From assembly GCA_029953675.1 (NCBI GenBank), contig JAMWBK010000013.1:558001-622000 (forward strand): 64,000 bases of DNA. Reading direction: 5' to 3'. Below the pieces are notes generated by a model. The model worked only from the letters and a program-made list of their open reading frames with translations. It ran no database searches and had not been told where the DNA came from. The DNA is from Rhodosorus marinus CCMP1338. Lineage: Eukaryota > Plantae > Rhodophyta. Positions 62,201-64,000 of this stretch are shown piece after piece. Each line of letters opens with the position of its first letter. Position 1 is the first letter of the stretch. The position numbers and the translations under genes were made by a program.

Positions 62201-64000
62201 AAGTCCGGATTGATCGGTTCGATCACTCCAGCAGTTAAGCAGTAGCGTGGCTGGTGGAGAGGAAACATGGCTTGACGCCGGAGCTGTGACAAATGCTCTC
62301 AGAGATTTCAGAGGTTTTCTTTTGCAGTGAATGCTCTGCCGAGCATTGGCATGGCTTAAAACCGAGCTGATATTCAGAACCTAGACATATTCTACATTTT
62401 TGGTGAACGACGGAAGACTGAGCTGACAGAGGATGAAACAAGTGCATCCAGATGCTTTGGACTGAAATCAACCGACCGGGACTTCTTGAAAGCTCTGCGT
62501 GTTGAACTGACATTCAATACAGCCAGGTTGTTCCTACTAATCGCAAGTCTGCTCGACCTTGACGCGAGACAGATTTACCTGAGGTCAGCCCAGTGCCATG
62601 CGGTCCGTTAGTGTCTACAGCTTTGTGACACGTCGGGTACAATAAAACTCCGAAGGTCGATGAGCAGTTGCAACAGGACCGTAAAGCGCTTTTTCCAAGG
62701 ACGGAGCCGAGGGGAAACTGCAAACTTTCAGACTCTATTTCTGAACACGGTGGAGACCGAGCTGAAGTTTCTTCTCGTTGATGTCTGTCTTCATAAACCC
62801 CCTGTGAGAGTGGGGAGCTTTCGAATCCAGATGATGTGCTTGCAGGCAACACGAGACACGAGCAAGCGCAGGCCGGAAAGGCTAAGCCAATGTCGTTGAC
62901 AAGACCGAAGCAGCCCCCGGTACATCTTCAGGCTTCAGAGTTGTCCACATTCACCACAACAAACCACAAGTGTGCACATTGAGACCAATTCTGGTTGTGG
63001 AGCAGTAGAGCAGCAAACGCCTTATCTAGCTCACTCAAGCACGTGGTTCTGGCTTCCTCCGGTGCATCGAGTCGATATTTACCGAGAAACAGCCCGTACA
63101 ATCGTGCTACTGAAGAAGACCTCGTAACGGTAGGAAACGGTAGCCAGTTCAAAAGCTCGACAGCAATGAGGACCCGCGCAATATTGAAATGTCTGCGGGG
63201 GACCGCACACATAGCAGACAGCCCCGAGCGCACACCGATCCGCTCTCTACACAAACCGCGCACGACCAAAGTAGAGCTGATGTCTCCAAAGCGCTTCTGT
63301 TGTGCACTCCCCAAAGACGGCTGTTCACTTCTACAGCGTGCCGACGCAACACTGAACCAGCTCCCGAACAAAATTCAAGAGCATTTGAGCGTCACACATT
63401 AAAGACTGAAATTCAGCATATATCTTCACATAAATTTCAAAAAAACAGCTACCAACCACAAATAGACTGAAATATTACATGACGCTAATAGAACAGCTTA
63501 CCTCGTGCACAGCACTTCCTCGATCGTGAGGGAATTGCTGTCGAGTTGCTATATAAGGATGAGATCGGTAATCGAAAATAAAAGAAATGTTTTGTTGGTT
63601 TTGGACCGATGAATTACTTTGATCCACAAGAAGAGAAGTTGGGGACCAACTTGGAGCTCCGATTCGCTTACCTGTTCATGTTTTTGTTTTTTTTAAGTTC
63701 GAACATTGACAAAATAGTATAAATTACATGTTTTGAAGTTTTTTAAATTTTTTTGGGAAGGTGGGGATAGGAATCAACGATCGTCGATGGGGGGGTTTGA
63801 AACGGGGTTTTCCAGCGCAAAAAGAGGAAAAAAAGAAAACGTATCATTAAAACAAAATTGTCCTGCCCTTGGAAGAGCTATCCTGCTGTGCTGCCGGGAA
63901 ATCTAGATCTGGTTTTGCCCAAGTGGGATTTCTTATTGGGTATCCGCAGGAAAGGTGGCCGGACCTAGGGGGCAAAAAAATAAAAAATTTCCGCGATCCC

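Noticed and set aside
62300-62400. Minus-strand CRICL...PCQCS resembling the start of a RING-CH finger
   Set aside because: The expected x7-H-x2-C and final CxxC are absent, and there is no donor site that could supply them.
1-64000. Stop-codon reassignment suggested by TGA/TAG-interrupted frames
   Set aside because: Well-supported genes end at all three stops (TGA for C2H2, KNL2 and WD40; TAG for the choline kinase and SDR-A; TAA for AAE3 and Snf7) and have no internal stops after splicing.

Overview
This is a compact, intron-rich eukaryotic nuclear window with short GT-AG introns and CTRAC-type branch points. It is probably from a red alga, inferred from M(x)AFV-type plastid transit peptide starts; this was not checked by any search. 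About 18 genes can be recognised by hand-splicing the ORFs: a J-protein, two paralogous plastid SDR/Rossmann proteins, two WD40 proteins, a membrane-anchored histidine phosphatase, Aquarius, a TM-anchored cyclophilin, a C2H2 zinc-finger protein, a PLC-delta-like phospholipase, a choline/ethanolamine kinase, ASH2L, a ribulose/xylulose kinase, an Alba protein, an oxalyl-CoA ligase, Snf7, a PRELI protein and KNL2. There are also several unassignable multi-exon genes and a decayed Ty3/gypsy integrase. The most unusual structures are: (1) recurring homopolymer-rich islands at gene 5' ends that flip from C/A-rich to G/T-rich on the + strand, which are either real skew-switch promoters/origins or long-read errors, possibly caused by base modification; (2) an ASH2L linker built from seven short phase-0 exons that nearly all end in lysine clusters, including a duplicated 78-nt exon; (3) a PLC with almost no X-Y linker; and (4) a speculative 33-aa micro-ORF with an H3-tail-like start and the SRSGRV core shared with KNL2. 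Exon boundaries were read manually and are approximate where stated. No database searches were run.
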